Under the pieces are notes generated by a model. The model made no database searches. It was not told where the DNA came from and saw nothing but the letters and a program-made list of their open reading frames with translations. Shown piece after piece: positions 39,298 to 49,089 of a stretch of DNA of 52,434 nucleotides. A program made the position numbers and the translations under genes. Origin of the DNA: Parvibaculum sp. (GTDB lineage: Bacteria > Pseudomonadota > Alphaproteobacteria > Parvibaculales > Parvibaculaceae); the NCBI GenBank assembly GCA_020062605.1, contig JAGUWA010000058.1:1-52434 (forward strand), written 5' to 3'. Every line of letters begins with the position of its first letter. Position 1 is the stretch's first letter.

Positions 39298-41622
39298 CTA
39301 CGAAGCCTCCCATACCTTGTTGAGGACCTGCGCCGCGAGCGCTGCCTTGTCGTGCGGCAGGAACCGGCCGTAGTGCTTCGCCACCATGTCGGGTGTGTCC
39401 TGAATGGCGTAGCTCGCCTGCTCGTAGGAGCCGGTCTTCTTCAGGATATGAGTTGCGAGTACGTCCCGGACGTTATGCGGACCATGGGGCAGCAGGCCTT
39501 CAATAGCGCCTCGTCCGGTATAGGGGTTGTAGATGCCGTATCGCTGGATCGCGAGCCGCCAGGCTTCGTAGAAGGTCGTCTGATTGTAGGCTGCGTTCGC
39601 CGAGGTGGTCTTGACGGTCTTCACGAAGAAAGTTCCCGGATCGGATGCCTGGCGGAGAAGCCGCGACCGGTGCCGGCGCACATAGGCATCTATCGCCTCA
39701 TAAAGGCCGCCGAGGTCCGGAAGCACGAGCTGGAACGGTTTGCTCCCGAAGTAGGAGGAGTTCGCGTTCTTGAAGGCGGCGGACGGAATGAAGAGCTCCC
39801 AGACCGGAGAGCGGTTGTTCCAACGGAGCTGACCCCGCTTTAGTTCTGTCAGGCGCCGTTCCGACAAGGGCACCTCATCGCGGCCGCAGATGAGAAGCTG
39901 GCGCAGGTTCTTCTGACGGAGACCGGAGTGCAGCCCGATCCGCAACATCAGGAATGACCGGACGGCCTCGGATGCCGCAATGGGATACCGCCGCTCGTCA
40001 GGCATGTAGCAGAGAATCTCTTCGGTGATCTTCCGGTACTCGGCGAGGGGGCTGTCCGCCTCCAGGATCGGAAGGATAGGCTCGAACGGATCGCGGTGGA
40101 CGCGTGACACACGCTCGATCTCCTTCGCGCGTGCCGTGGCAAAGCTGTGCAGCCTGTCGCAGGCTGCGTTCCAGTCCGCCCGTGCCTCGGCAATATCCTC
40201 TGCCGACACGAGCCCCTCGACGGGCTCCAACATCTCTGCGAGACGCGGTGTCTGCCGGACCCAGCCTGTATCCTTCCGGGTGAGCGCCAGGGCCGTCCGC
40301 AGCATGTCGACCTCCCAGTTAGTGAAGAAGCCGCGGCGGCGTTCTCTCCATCGGAGGTACCAGTCCCATACCGCCGGAAAGACCAGAAGGCCCAGCGTCA
40401 GGCTCTCGAGCGCAATGCCGTATCCTCTGACTTCGCTGTCGGGCGTGGCTGTGAGCGCACCGAGCATCAGACCGAGGTGCTCCAGTTTCTGGGACGCCGT
40501 CTCCTCGCCCCATTGTCCCTGTCTCTGGAAGCCGATCGCCGTCAGCGTGGCCGTCTTGAAGCCTATAAGCTCAACCATCTCCTGCCTGAGCTGAGCGGGG
40601 GCTTCGACTGACGTTACGAACCCTGTGGTACTTTCGCTCGCGGGGCGACGACGGCGAGCCTTCGTTTTATCGAGCCCCGTAAACTGAACGGAAAACCGCT
40701 GCTTGCACATCGCCGCCTGGTAGCGGCGATAATCCGTCGTCCCTGTGATAATCACCCGCCTTACCCAATCGACGATCTCGTTGCGCTCCTCCTCGGGGCG
40801 GCGGTCGAAGTCGTCAGGCAGATGCCAGGCCATGCGCCGGCGTTCCGACGCCGAGATATCCCGCAAGCGCCGGTGTCCGGAGACGGAGCGTTTCCGGCCC
40901 AGCAGCTTTGCCTGAAAATAGCCGGCGGGCAGCCGATACCGGTGCTCGATCCGCCGCAGCATTTCGAGGCTGTCGACGCTTGCGGGAAGGTTTTCTCCTC
41001 GCGCCCAGGCCAGGATGGTCCTTCTGTCGAAAGCATCCCTGGGCTTCGCGATCGCCTTGTGCAGGTGCCAGGCGCTGTCGCCGTGCCTTCGCATGTGAAG
41101 CTGCAGCGCGGCGCGAAATTCCACCGGATCTTCCCAGTCGCCCGGTTGAGCTTCGGGAAACTCCACGACAGGCCTTGGAGTTGGTCCGGGCTTTCTCCGT
41201 CCATCCTTCCTTTGCCTTGTTCTGACTTGCCGGCGCGGCGCTCGTTTTCCCGGACCTGCCTCCGACGCCTTCTCAACCCGATTGGGTGTTCGCTTTGCGG
41301 CTGACGCGGTGGAATTCGCTTCGGGTATTTGCGGAGGCAGGAATTCTCTCTCCGGCAGCCTCGGTATCTCGCGCGCGAGAGCGTCGAAGCCGTAGGCAAG
41401 GCTTTTAGCCACCGCCCTGAGCCTTTCGGGATCAACCCCGGCAGCAGACGCTATCGACCGCCAATCAAACTTCGCTCCCGTTCTTGGTGGAAGCTGGCGA
41501 TCTTCGATCAGCCTTTGGCAGTACCTGCAGAGGTTCTCGACCTCATCATCTGAAAGTTCAGCCGCCGCACGCTGGCGGCAGAAAGTTTCGATCATCCGCA
41601 CAAGCAATTGATCTGGCCCCAT
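39298..41622 (-). CDS. Large atypical tyrosine recombinase-like protein (~775-814 aa)
   Basis: C-terminal SGLRQKN (R), AFKN (K), HNVR (HxxR), AKHYG (Y); N-terminal HTH-like segments; start between 41595 and 41742. Confidence 0.75.
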   Translation of the reverse strand: MGPDQLLVRMIETFCRQRAAAELSDDEVENLCRYCQRLIEDRQLPPRTGAKFDWRSIASAAGVDPERLRAVAKSLAYGFDALAREIPRLPEREFLPPQIPEANSTASAAKRTPNRVEKASEAGPGKRAPRRQVRTRQRKDGRRKPGPTPRPVVEFPEAQPGDWEDPVEFRAALQLHMRRHGDSAWHLHKAIAKPRDAFDRRTILAWARGENLPASVDSLEMLRRIEHRYRLPAGYFQAKLLGRKRSVSGHRRLRDISASERRRMAWHLPDDFDRRPEEERNEIVDWVRRVIITGTTDYRRYQAAMCKQRFSVQFTGLDKTKARRRRPASESTTGFVTSVEAPAQLRQEMVELIGFKTATLTAIGFQRQGQWGEETASQKLEHLGLMLGALTATPDSEVRGYGIALESLTLGLLVFPAVWDWYLRWRERRRGFFTNWEVDMLRTALALTRKDTGWVRQTPRLAEMLEPVEGLVSAEDIAEARADWNAACDRLHSFATARAKEIERVSRVHRDPFEPILPILEADSPLAEYRKITEEILCYMPDERRYPIAASEAVRSFLMLRIGLHSGLRQKNLRQLLICGRDEVPLSERRLTELKRGQLRWNNRSPVWELFIPSAAFKNANSSYFGSKPFQLVLPDLGGLYEAIDAYVRRHRSRLLRQASDPGTFFVKTVKTTSANAAYNQTTFYEAWRLAIQRYGIYNPYTGRGAIEGLLPHGPHNVRDVLATHILKKTGSYEQASYAIQDTPDMVAKHYGRFLPHDKAALAAQVLNKVWEAS

Positions 41623-41801
41623 CGCAAGCACTCCAGGTTGTGAGTCGATCTTGCGATGATGCCATGCACCACGGCATGCCAGATGGGCGCCGCGATGCTT
41701 GATGATGGGTGAAGACGAGCGAAGGGACCGCTTTCCGTCCAAAGCGACGCCTGCGCAACTTCCCGTTGACTTGTACCCCCGGTGGGCATACGGAGTTGCC
41801 C

Positions 41802-41849
41802 ATGAAAACGGAAACGAACATCGCCAATTTCTGGTGGCTGGCCTGCTGA
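41802..41849 (+). CDS. trpL: Trp leader peptide MKTETNIANFWWLAC
   Basis: 15 codons with tandem TGG TGG; GGAG upstream; TTGACT at 41766. Not in the ORF track. Confidence 0.88.
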   Translation: MKTETNIANFWWLAC

Positions 41850-41907
41850 CAACGCGGCCGGACGTTTCTTTGCATCTTCAGGGCCGCCGTATTGGGCGGC
41901 CTTTTTT
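41832..41907 (+). terminator. Ribosome-dependent attenuator upstream of trpS
   Basis: Terminator GGCCGCC-gtattg-GGCGGCC-T6 (41882-41907); GCGGCC (41854-59) can pair with either CTGGCC..GC in the leader or the terminator 5' arm. Confidence 0.88.
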
Positions 41908-41956
41908 GATGATCCCTCCATGCGGCGTCTCCCTCATCTCGAGAGGACGACTTCCC

Positions 41957-42958
41957 ATGACCAGACCCGTAATCCTCACCGGCGACCGCACAACCGGTCC
42001 TTTGCACATCGGCCACTTCGCGGGATCGCTGCGCAATCGGCTGCGGTTTCAGGACAGCCATGAACAGTTTCTGCTCCTCGCCGACACGCAGGCCCTCACC
42101 GACAATGCCCATGATCCAGGCAAGGTGCGTCGCAACGTAATCGAAGTCGCTCTGGACTACCTTGCAACAGGGATCGATCCGGAAAGGACGACGATCTGTC
42201 TGCAATCGGGTCTTCCTGCCCTGGCCGAGCTCTCGATGCTCTATCTGAACTTCGTGACTGTCTCCCGGCTGGAGCGCAATCCGACGATCAAGGACGAGAT
42301 CAGGGCACGTGGCTTTGGGCGCGACATCCCGGCAGGTTTCCTTTGTTATCCAGCGGCGCAAGCAGCGGATATCACGGCCTTCAAAGCAACGGTGGTGCCG
42401 GTGGGCGAGGACCAGGCTCCGTTGATCGAACAGACCAACGAAATCGTGCGCCGCATCAATGCGACGGCGGGCAAGACGATCCTGCTGGAAGCACAGGCAA
42501 TCATTCCGAAAGCCGGTCGTCTGCCGGGGATCGACGGCAAAGCCAAAATGTCCAAATCGGCGGGCAACGCCATCGCATTGTCGGCTCCGCCCGAGGTCAT
42601 CTCGGCAGCGGTAAAGGCGATGTTCACCGACCCCAATCATCTGAGGATCGAAGATCCGGGACAGGTGGAGGGTAACGTCGTCTTTGCCTTCCTCGACGCC
42701 TTCGACGAGGACCTCGCCACTCTCGAGGAGCTGAAGGCTCAGTATCGGCGCGGTGGATTGGGAGACGGCAAGATCAAACGGCGTCTTGACGAAATTCTGC
42801 AGGCGCTCATCGGACCGATCAGAACGCGGCGCACCGAACTCGCCAAAGGCCTGCCGTACGTGCTCGACGTGATACGCAGCGGGACCGAAAGGGCACGGAG
42901 CCATACCGAGACCACCAAGCACGAAGTGGTCGAGGGCCTCGGTCTGTTTGTGCTGTAG
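41957..42958 (+). CDS. trpS: Tryptophan--tRNA ligase (auxiliary TrpRS II type)
   Basis: LTGDRTTGPLHIGH, YP..QAADI, PVGEDQ, KMSKS; GAGG RBS. Confidence 0.96.
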   Translation: MTRPVILTGDRTTGPLHIGHFAGSLRNRLRFQDSHEQFLLLADTQALTDNAHDPGKVRRNVIEVALDYLATGIDPERTTICLQSGLPALAELSMLYLNFVTVSRLERNPTIKDEIRARGFGRDIPAGFLCYPAAQAADITAFKATVVPVGEDQAPLIEQTNEIVRRINATAGKTILLEAQAIIPKAGRLPGIDGKAKMSKSAGNAIALSAPPEVISAAVKAMFTDPNHLRIEDPGQVEGNVVFAFLDAFDEDLATLEELKAQYRRGGLGDGKIKRRLDEILQALIGPIRTRRTELAKGLPYVLDVIRSGTERARSHTETTKHEVVEGLGLFVL

Positions 42959-43260
42959 TACACCCCAGCACTACTTATCCCGCACTGGCAGGGAGCGCGA
43001 TTTTTTGCTATACTTTTATAGGTATTAGTTCCTGGCACTAGTGGGAGACTCGGTTTCTACGCAGCCGAGCGTTGGGTGATTCATTTTCCCTGCGAATTGA
43101 TTCTTTTCCTACGCGCCTCGCCCTTCAATAAAATCAATCTGTTAGCCGCTCGCCGGATTCGTTTCCTGTGCGATCCTACAAGAGCTTGGTAAGTACTTCT
43201 CCGTTACTTGGCGTCCCCACCCCTGTTACAGCCTGTAAAATACAAAAAACCGTTAGACCC

Positions 43261-43566
43261 AGCCCCGACCTCGCGGACGCCCTCGACGCCGCCGCCGCCC
43301 GCGAACTCACCCGCTGCCGCCTTAATTCAGCCCGCGACATCGCGCATATCCGGCGCGCCGCTCCAAGCCGCGTCGCATGCCGTCATGCACGCGCAAACCG
43401 GCCTGCCGATTGACACCGCCATATGGCTCGCCGCTCAGGAAGCCCGTCCGCTCGATCGCACACAGCGCCAGCGTCGAAACGAGGCCATCATGCGCATGAA
43501 GGCTCAGGGGCTCTCAAACGCGCAAATTGGCGAGAGGATCAACATGCACGCGAAATCAGTTGCGCA
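43261..43566 (+). pseudogene. Degenerate HTH protein remnant
   Basis: RNEAIMRMKAQGLSNAQIGERINMHAKSVA HTH, cut off abruptly; upstream part frame-disrupted. Limits approximate. Confidence 0.45.
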
Positions 43567-43614
43567 GCCAACCTGCTGGTCGCCATTCTCGACTATCTGA
43601 GCAGCGATTGAGAA

Positions 43615-43641
43615 AGGGCCGGGAGAATTAATCCCGGCCCT
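43615..43641. terminator. Hairpin after orphan gene 3' end
   Basis: AGGGCCGGGA-7 nt-TCCCGGCCCT immediately after TGA 43611. Confidence 0.6.
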
Positions 43642-43714
43642 GTCCACATTCTGCCCTGGCGCCGCCTCAGCGCCGCTTGCGCCGCCGCGTGGGTTTGCGC
43701 TTGGGCGCGGCCTT

Positions 43715-44042
43715 CGCCTTGCAGGCGTGCTGGAGGCCGTGGACGCCTCGCCCGCCACCTGGTGCATGCTTGTCGATGCCGAGCCAGGGCGGCCCGCCCG
43801 AGCTCTATGAACGGCTCGACCAGGCCAGGCAGATGACGGAAGAGCATCTTGCGGCCGGACTTGAAAAGGAAGGCTTCGAGGCGTCGCGCCTCGCGAACCC
43901 GGACAAGGAACTGGCGGTACGGATGCTGCTCGCCGTCTCGGAGCAGTTCGTGCATCTGCGGCTCACCGATCCTCGGACCTACACGACCGAACGTCTCGTC
44001 GCACAGGCCGAATGGCTTTTCAGGGCGATGTTTCCACGCTGA
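43715..44042 (+). pseudogene. TetR-family regulator C-terminal remnant
   Basis: LAGVLEAVDASPATWCML frameshifts into MPSQGGPPELYERL...; no N-terminal HTH. Confidence 0.55.
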
Positions 44043-44057
44043 GCGTTCGGTGGCAGA

Positions 44058-44810
44058 TCAGACTTCGCCGTTGGCGGTGTCCTGCAGCAGCCGGATATTC
44101 TTCACGACGATTTCGCGCGGTCCGGGAACGCCCAGGATACCCGCGCGCTTGAAATCGCTGATCGTCCGGCAGACCGTTTCGATCGTCAGTCCGAGATAAT
44201 CGGCGATGTCCTGGCGTCCCATGTGGAGGTCGAGCATGACGCCATCCCTGCGGTCCCGGCCGCGCCGGTCGAGCATCATCAGCAGGAACGAGGCGATGCG
44301 TTCCTTCACCGTCTGGCGGCCGAGCATCAGGAGGTGGTTCTGGGCGAGCGACAGCTCGCCGCAAAGCAGTGCCACGAGATGCGAGCGGAACTCGGCCGAG
44401 CTCCGGTCGAGATCGGCGAGGCAGCTATGCGAGAACCGCACGACCGTAGTGTCGATCATCGCTTCGGCGGTCAGCGCATACTCCTTGCCCTGACAGGCAA
44501 GCCCGAAATATTCACCAGGGAAGCAGAAGCCAGCGATCTGCCGGCGGCCATCGGCGAAGAGCTTGCACAGGCGCACCGATCCATCGATCACCTTGTAGAA
44601 GGAGCGCGCCGATTCACCGTCGGAGAAAATGGCCTGGTTTCTTTCGAACTCGAGCATCGAGCCCGCCGTGGGGAAGCCGGACACCCTGCCCTCATCCCGA
44701 TTTTCCACTTCACCGGAAAATCCGTTCGTCCCGAGAAACGCGACGAGTCCACCCATATCCGGTACACGGCCGGACGCTGCGGGAGTGAAGACTTTCGTGC
44801 CGATGGACAT
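44058..44810 (-). CDS. fixK: FixK-type Crp/Fnr regulator
   Basis: DGRRQI..F..PGE, ERIASFL, RQDIADYLGLTIETVCR; lacks the N-terminal Cys cluster; downstream of fixLJ. Confidence 0.88.
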   Translation of the reverse strand: MSIGTKVFTPAASGRVPDMGGLVAFLGTNGFSGEVENRDEGRVSGFPTAGSMLEFERNQAIFSDGESARSFYKVIDGSVRLCKLFADGRRQIAGFCFPGEYFGLACQGKEYALTAEAMIDTTVVRFSHSCLADLDRSSAEFRSHLVALLCGELSLAQNHLLMLGRQTVKERIASFLLMMLDRRGRDRRDGVMLDLHMGRQDIADYLGLTIETVCRTISDFKRAGILGVPGPREIVVKNIRLLQDTANGEV

Positions 44811-44952
44811 GAGTGACCCCTTCATGTGAGCTGACCGAAAAGACGCCGGTTCGACTGAACGATGAAACGATGCCATGCGGGACTGCGCGCGAGTATTCAG
44901 GAATAACCCGTAGAGACCCTGTTTCGTCGCAGATGAATGCAACGGTTCGGTG

Positions 44953-45360
44953 TCAGTCGCCCGACGAAATGGCGAGCGCGCGCGCGATTTCACGCGAGAG
45001 ATCGCTCTCTTCCGCAGGCTTCTCCATGAGCACGAGCGCGCCGGCACGCTCCACACGCTCACGCAGGGAGGTGCTCGACCGGCCGGTCAGAACGATGGTG
45101 GGAATGGGAATGCCCGACGCCTGCAAATGTTCGAGGAGATCGGCCCCGCTCATGCCCGGCATGTGGAGATCCAGGAGAAGACAGCAATTCCTGCCCTGCA
45201 GATGGCCCGCGGGCTTCTCGGCATCGATGAAGGCCTGGGCATCCGCATAGTCGCGGACCGTCATGCCGAAGGATTCGAGAAGAAACCGCACGGACTCACG
45301 CACGGCGTCATCATCGTCAACGACGTAGATGGTTGGCGAACTTGATGGCGACAGCTGCAT
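44953..45360 (-). CDS. Single-domain response regulator (FixT-like position)
   Basis: VVDDD, LLDLHMPGMSG, LTG, EKP. Confidence 0.88.
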   Translation of the reverse strand: MQLSPSSSPTIYVVDDDDAVRESVRFLLESFGMTVRDYADAQAFIDAEKPAGHLQGRNCCLLLDLHMPGMSGADLLEHLQASGIPIPTIVLTGRSSTSLRERVERAGALVLMEKPAEESDLSREIARALAISSGD

Positions 45361-45455
45361 TAGACAAAAACCCTTGCGGCCGGGTTGCGCCGCAGACGGA
45401 AGATAGCAACAGCCCCTTCGCCGATATATCCGTAGTTTTACGGGGTCGACCTAAC

Positions 45456-46079
45456 CTATTTTTTCTCCGCGGGAGCGACGCCGGCCGCGAGCGCGATCCG
45501 CACGACCTCGGGCAGGCTGCGGACGTTCAGTTTCTCCATCAGATGGGCCCGGTGGACCTCGACCGTCCTGGGCGAGATATCGAGTTCGTAGGCGATGACC
45601 TTGTTCGGGTGACCGGCGACGAGGTGCTCGAGGACCTGCCGCTCCCGCGATGTCAGGCTCTCCACCAGCGCGGCGGCTTCCTGCGCGGGCTGATCCGCCG
45701 GACGGGCCCGCGATATCTCCAGGGCCCGCTCGACGGCGGCCAGCAGGTCGTCGGCGTCGAACGGCTTCTCGATGAAATCGACGGCGCCCTCCTTCATGGC
45801 CCGGACGGCGAGCGGCACGTCGCCATGTCCGGTCATGGCGATGAGCGGCAGGCGGGCGCGGCGGCGCACCAGCTCCTGTTGCAGTTCGAGGCCGTCCATT
45901 TCCGGCATACGGATATCGGCGACGACGCATCCCGCCAGATCCGCCGAATAGTGCCCAAGGAAGGCGACGGCAGAGGCGAAGGCCGCAACGCCGAAGCCTG
46001 CGGCTTCCAGCAAGGCGCAGAGCGACCCCCGAACGGCTTCGTCGTCGTCTATGACGAAAACCTTTTCTGTGGAGTTCAT
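45456..46079 (-). CDS. fixJ: FixJ response regulator
   Basis: DIRMPEMDG, TGHGDVPLAV.AMK.GA.DFIEKPF, ISPRTVEVHRA. Confidence 0.95.
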   Translation of the reverse strand: MNSTEKVFVIDDDEAVRGSLCALLEAAGFGVAAFASAVAFLGHYSADLAGCVVADIRMPEMDGLELQQELVRRRARLPLIAMTGHGDVPLAVRAMKEGAVDFIEKPFDADDLLAAVERALEISRARPADQPAQEAAALVESLTSRERQVLEHLVAGHPNKVIAYELDISPRTVEVHRAHLMEKLNVRSLPEVVRIALAAGVAPAEKK

Positions 46080-47224
46080 TGGCTTGAGAGCGATTGCGGG
46101 GGCAGCGAAAAGTGGAACTCCGTGCCGCCGCCGGGGGCGGGCTCCATCCACAGGCGGCCACCATGCGCTTCAATGATGGAGCGGCATATGGAGAGGCCTA
46201 TACCCATTCCGCTCTCCTTGGTTGTCACGAAAGCCTCGAACAGACGCCGGATCACTTCATCGGGCATGCCGGGTCCGGTGTCGAGGAAACTTGCCTGGAC
46301 ATGCCCTTCCCCGTTCATTCGCGTCACAACCGTCAGTCTACGGATCGATACCTCTTCCATGGCTTCGATGGCATTGCGAACGAGATTGAGAACGACCTGC
46401 TGAATCTGAATCCTGTCGACGAATACGTCCGGAAGTCCCGTCGCGAGCGACTTCTCCACCTTGACGTCGAGCACCGAGGCACCGACAAGCGCAAGTTCGA
46501 TTGCTTCCCCGATCACCCGGTTCAGGGATTCGACCGTCCGGCTGGTCTCCCGTTTTTCGGTGAATTCGCGGAGCCGCTTGATGATCTGCCCAGCCCTGCT
46601 CGTCTGTTCGAGGGCCTTTTCCATCATCTCCCGCGCGCGGACGACAGACGCGTCCTCCACAGCGCCCACCGTTCGCTGCGCGGCGCGCAGATAGTTCATG
46701 ATGGCGGCGAGAGGCTGGTTCAGCTCATGCGCAAGCGCGGACGACATGTGTCCCATCTCGTTGAGGCGCGACACATGCGTCAGCTCCGATTGCAGCTCCT
46801 GAAGCTTGCGGGACACGGATTGACGCTCGCTGATGTCGTGAACGATGCCAACAAAAAGGGACAGGCCGCCGAACATGCCTTCGCCGACCGAAAGATAAAT
46901 GGGAAAGACGGATCCGTCCTTCCGCTGCGCCATGACTTCACGGCCGATGCCGATGATCTTGCGCTCGCCGGTCGTGCGGTAGTTTTTCAGATAGCCGTCA
47001 TGTTCCTGCCGATAAGGCGCAGGCATGAGCATGCTGACATTGCGGCCCAGAACCTCTGCTGGCCCGTATCCGAAAAGCCGCTCGCATGCCTCGTTGTAGA
47101 GCCGTACCGTTCCGGCTTCGTCAATTACCAGAATGCCGTCAACGGCTGTCGAGACGAGCAGCCGGAAAAGCGCCGCGTTCTCCGTTTCCCCGAACGGCAG
47201 GTTCAGGTGCTTATCCATCCCCAT
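46076..47224 (-). CDS. fixL: FixL heme-PAS histidine kinase (soluble)
   Basis: LMPAPYRQEHDGYL..Y..TGERKIIGIGR, AHELNQPL, TTK..GMGIGL. Confidence 0.95.
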   Translation of the reverse strand: MGMDKHLNLPFGETENAALFRLLVSTAVDGILVIDEAGTVRLYNEACERLFGYGPAEVLGRNVSMLMPAPYRQEHDGYLKNYRTTGERKIIGIGREVMAQRKDGSVFPIYLSVGEGMFGGLSLFVGIVHDISERQSVSRKLQELQSELTHVSRLNEMGHMSSALAHELNQPLAAIMNYLRAAQRTVGAVEDASVVRAREMMEKALEQTSRAGQIIKRLREFTEKRETSRTVESLNRVIGEAIELALVGASVLDVKVEKSLATGLPDVFVDRIQIQQVVLNLVRNAIEAMEEVSIRRLTVVTRMNGEGHVQASFLDTGPGMPDEVIRRLFEAFVTTKESGMGIGLSICRSIIEAHGGRLWMEPAPGGGTEFHFSLPPQSLSSQ

Positions 47225-47348
47225 CCCAAATTGGTCATTTCGAGAAGGAAAATAACACTCGGGAGGGTGTGGATACAAGGCACGGTGTCGGCCAACGCGA
47301 TCCCGATACGGGACGTGCAACCGACCGCAAAGCCGATGCGACGGAAAT

Positions 47349-47753
47349 TCAGAGATTGCGGCTTTCAAATTTTTCGCAACTTTCACCAAACGCGGCGAGA
47401 CCCTCCTCCAGGTAGTCGGCGAGCAAGGGCAACTGAAGCAGATACTCCGCGGTTCGCTCGTTGTGCGCGGCTTCCGCCTCCGACAAAGCCTCCTCCCATT
47501 CGCCGAGCGTGTAGGTGGCGCGGCCGAGCCAGCAAAGAGCCACGAGTTCGATCTGTTCGTCGGTATCGAGGCTTCTTATGAACTCAAGCAATTCCTGCCT
47601 CGTCGGATCGTCGGCGAAGTCCTCGAGCACGTCCGCCATCCGGTCATCCGACGGATTGGACCCGGGAGACGGATCGCTGACTTGTTCCTTGGCGTCGAAG
47701 GCCCTCGCCTTCACGACGATGTGGCAGACCTTCTCCGGATTGATCGTGAGCAT
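47349..47753 (-). CDS. DUF3775-like protein
   Basis: EQ.ELVAL.WLGR, YL...PLL.DYLEEGL. Confidence 0.85.
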   Translation of the reverse strand: MLTINPEKVCHIVVKARAFDAKEQVSDPSPGSNPSDDRMADVLEDFADDPTRQELLEFIRSLDTDEQIELVALCWLGRATYTLGEWEEALSEAEAAHNERTAEYLLQLPLLADYLEEGLAAFGESCEKFESRNL

Positions 47754-47801
47754 TTCGGTCTCTCCACCGCATGCGGCACGTTTCCGAAGAAACGCACAGC
47801 G

Positions 47802-48089
47802 TCACGAGCCGGCGTCGATGTCGTCGCCTTCCATCAGAAGAACGCCGGCGACCAGAAGCGGGCAGATGACGAGGAAAACAAGCGCAGGAAGCACTGCTGC
47901 TTCATGGCCATACAAGGGCAACAGCATCGCGCCGCCGGCGATGCCTATGGCAACCCAGAGCGGCACGAGAAAAGGCGCATGGGGTTCCCGCGCCTTCGGT
48001 TCGGCCTCGGGCATCGCCCGGACCGGAGAGGGCCAGATGGCGGCGACGATTGAAACGGGAAGACGTGCCGCTGCGATCCGCATGTTCAT
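47802..48089 (-). CDS. Small membrane hypothetical protein
   Basis: Two TM segments; GGAGG RBS before ATG 48089. Confidence 0.6.
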   Translation of the reverse strand: MNMRIAAARLPVSIVAAIWPSPVRAMPEAEPKAREPHAPFLVPLWVAIGIAGGAMLLPLYGHEAAVLPALVFLVICPLLVAGVLLMEGDDIDAGS

Positions 48090-48164
48090 GACGTTCCTCC
48101 TCTGCATGAAGGCGCTCATGCCTCCAGATGCCGATGAGAATGCGGCATGCGGCAACCTGGCTCC

Positions 48165-48178
48165 TTGATCTCAGTCAT
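48165..48178. promoter_or_regulatory. Possible FixK/FNR box
   Basis: TTGATctcaGTCAT (2 mismatches to TTGAT-N4-ATCAA) upstream of the operon leading into fixL. Confidence 0.35.
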
Positions 48179-48291
48179 ATCCGGAATTTTTGTCTGCCGC
48201 GATCCGGCACCCGTGCGCGCAAGGTCGACAAGCGCCGGGCGAGCCCCTACCTTTCCGCCAGCGACATTCCATAAGCAAACGAGTTTTCGCC

Positions 48292-48942
48292 ATGGGCTTG
48301 AAGGCCGCCATTCTCCCCGTCACACCGTTCCAGCAGAACTGCACGCTTCTGTGGAACGACGAGAACATGCGCGGCGCCGTGAGCGATCCGGGCGGCGACC
48401 TCGAACGGATCAAGCAGGCCGCAGCCGAGATCGGCGTGACGATCGAGAAGGTTCTGCTGACGCATGGCCATCTCGACCACGCCGCGGCGGCCGGGGATCT
48501 CGCCCGCGACCTCGGCGTGCCGATCGAAGGACCGCATGAGGACGACCTCTTTCTGATCGAGACCCTGCCGGAACAGGCCGCGAAATACGGCTTTCCGCCG
48601 GTGGGCGCCTTCCGGCCCGACCGCTGGCTCAAGGATGGCGACAAGGTGGAGTTCGCAGGGCTGACGCTGGACGTGCGTCATTGCCCCGGCCACACGCCGG
48701 GGCATGTCGTCTTCTTCCATGAACCGTCGCGGCTCGCCATTGTCGGCGACGTTCTCTTTCAGGGCTCCATCGGAAGGACGGACTTTCCGAGGGGCGATCA
48801 CGGCGCCCTCGTCAGCTCGATCCGGGAGCGGCTCTGGCCGCTCGGCGACGACGTCACATTCGTTCCCGGCCATGGTCCGCTGTCGACCTTCGGCGTGGAG
48901 CGGCGGACCAATCCCTTCGTCGCGGACGAGAATTTCGCGTGA
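48292..48942 (+). CDS. MBL-fold metallo-hydrolase (YcbL/GloC-like)
   Basis: THGHLDH, PGHTPGH, GDVLF.GSIGRTD, PGHG. Confidence 0.93.
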   Translation: MGLKAAILPVTPFQQNCTLLWNDENMRGAVSDPGGDLERIKQAAAEIGVTIEKVLLTHGHLDHAAAAGDLARDLGVPIEGPHEDDLFLIETLPEQAAKYGFPPVGAFRPDRWLKDGDKVEFAGLTLDVRHCPGHTPGHVVFFHEPSRLAIVGDVLFQGSIGRTDFPRGDHGALVSSIRERLWPLGDDVTFVPGHGPLSTFGVERRTNPFVADENFA

Positions 48943-49089
48943 GAACTTCGCGGGGAGGTTTACCCCGCGGAAAGCTATCGTTGGCCCCATGAAATCCATG
49001 GACATTCGGGACGCAATCGGTTTCCTTAGCGGCACTGACAAATAATCAATAAACCTGCCGCGACGGGCGAGACAGACCCGCCGAAAGGC

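Noticed and set aside
41699-41956. 86-aa N-terminal extension of TrpRS in the ORF track
   Set aside because: The region holds the promoter, leader peptide and terminator; the true start is ATG 41957 with an RBS.
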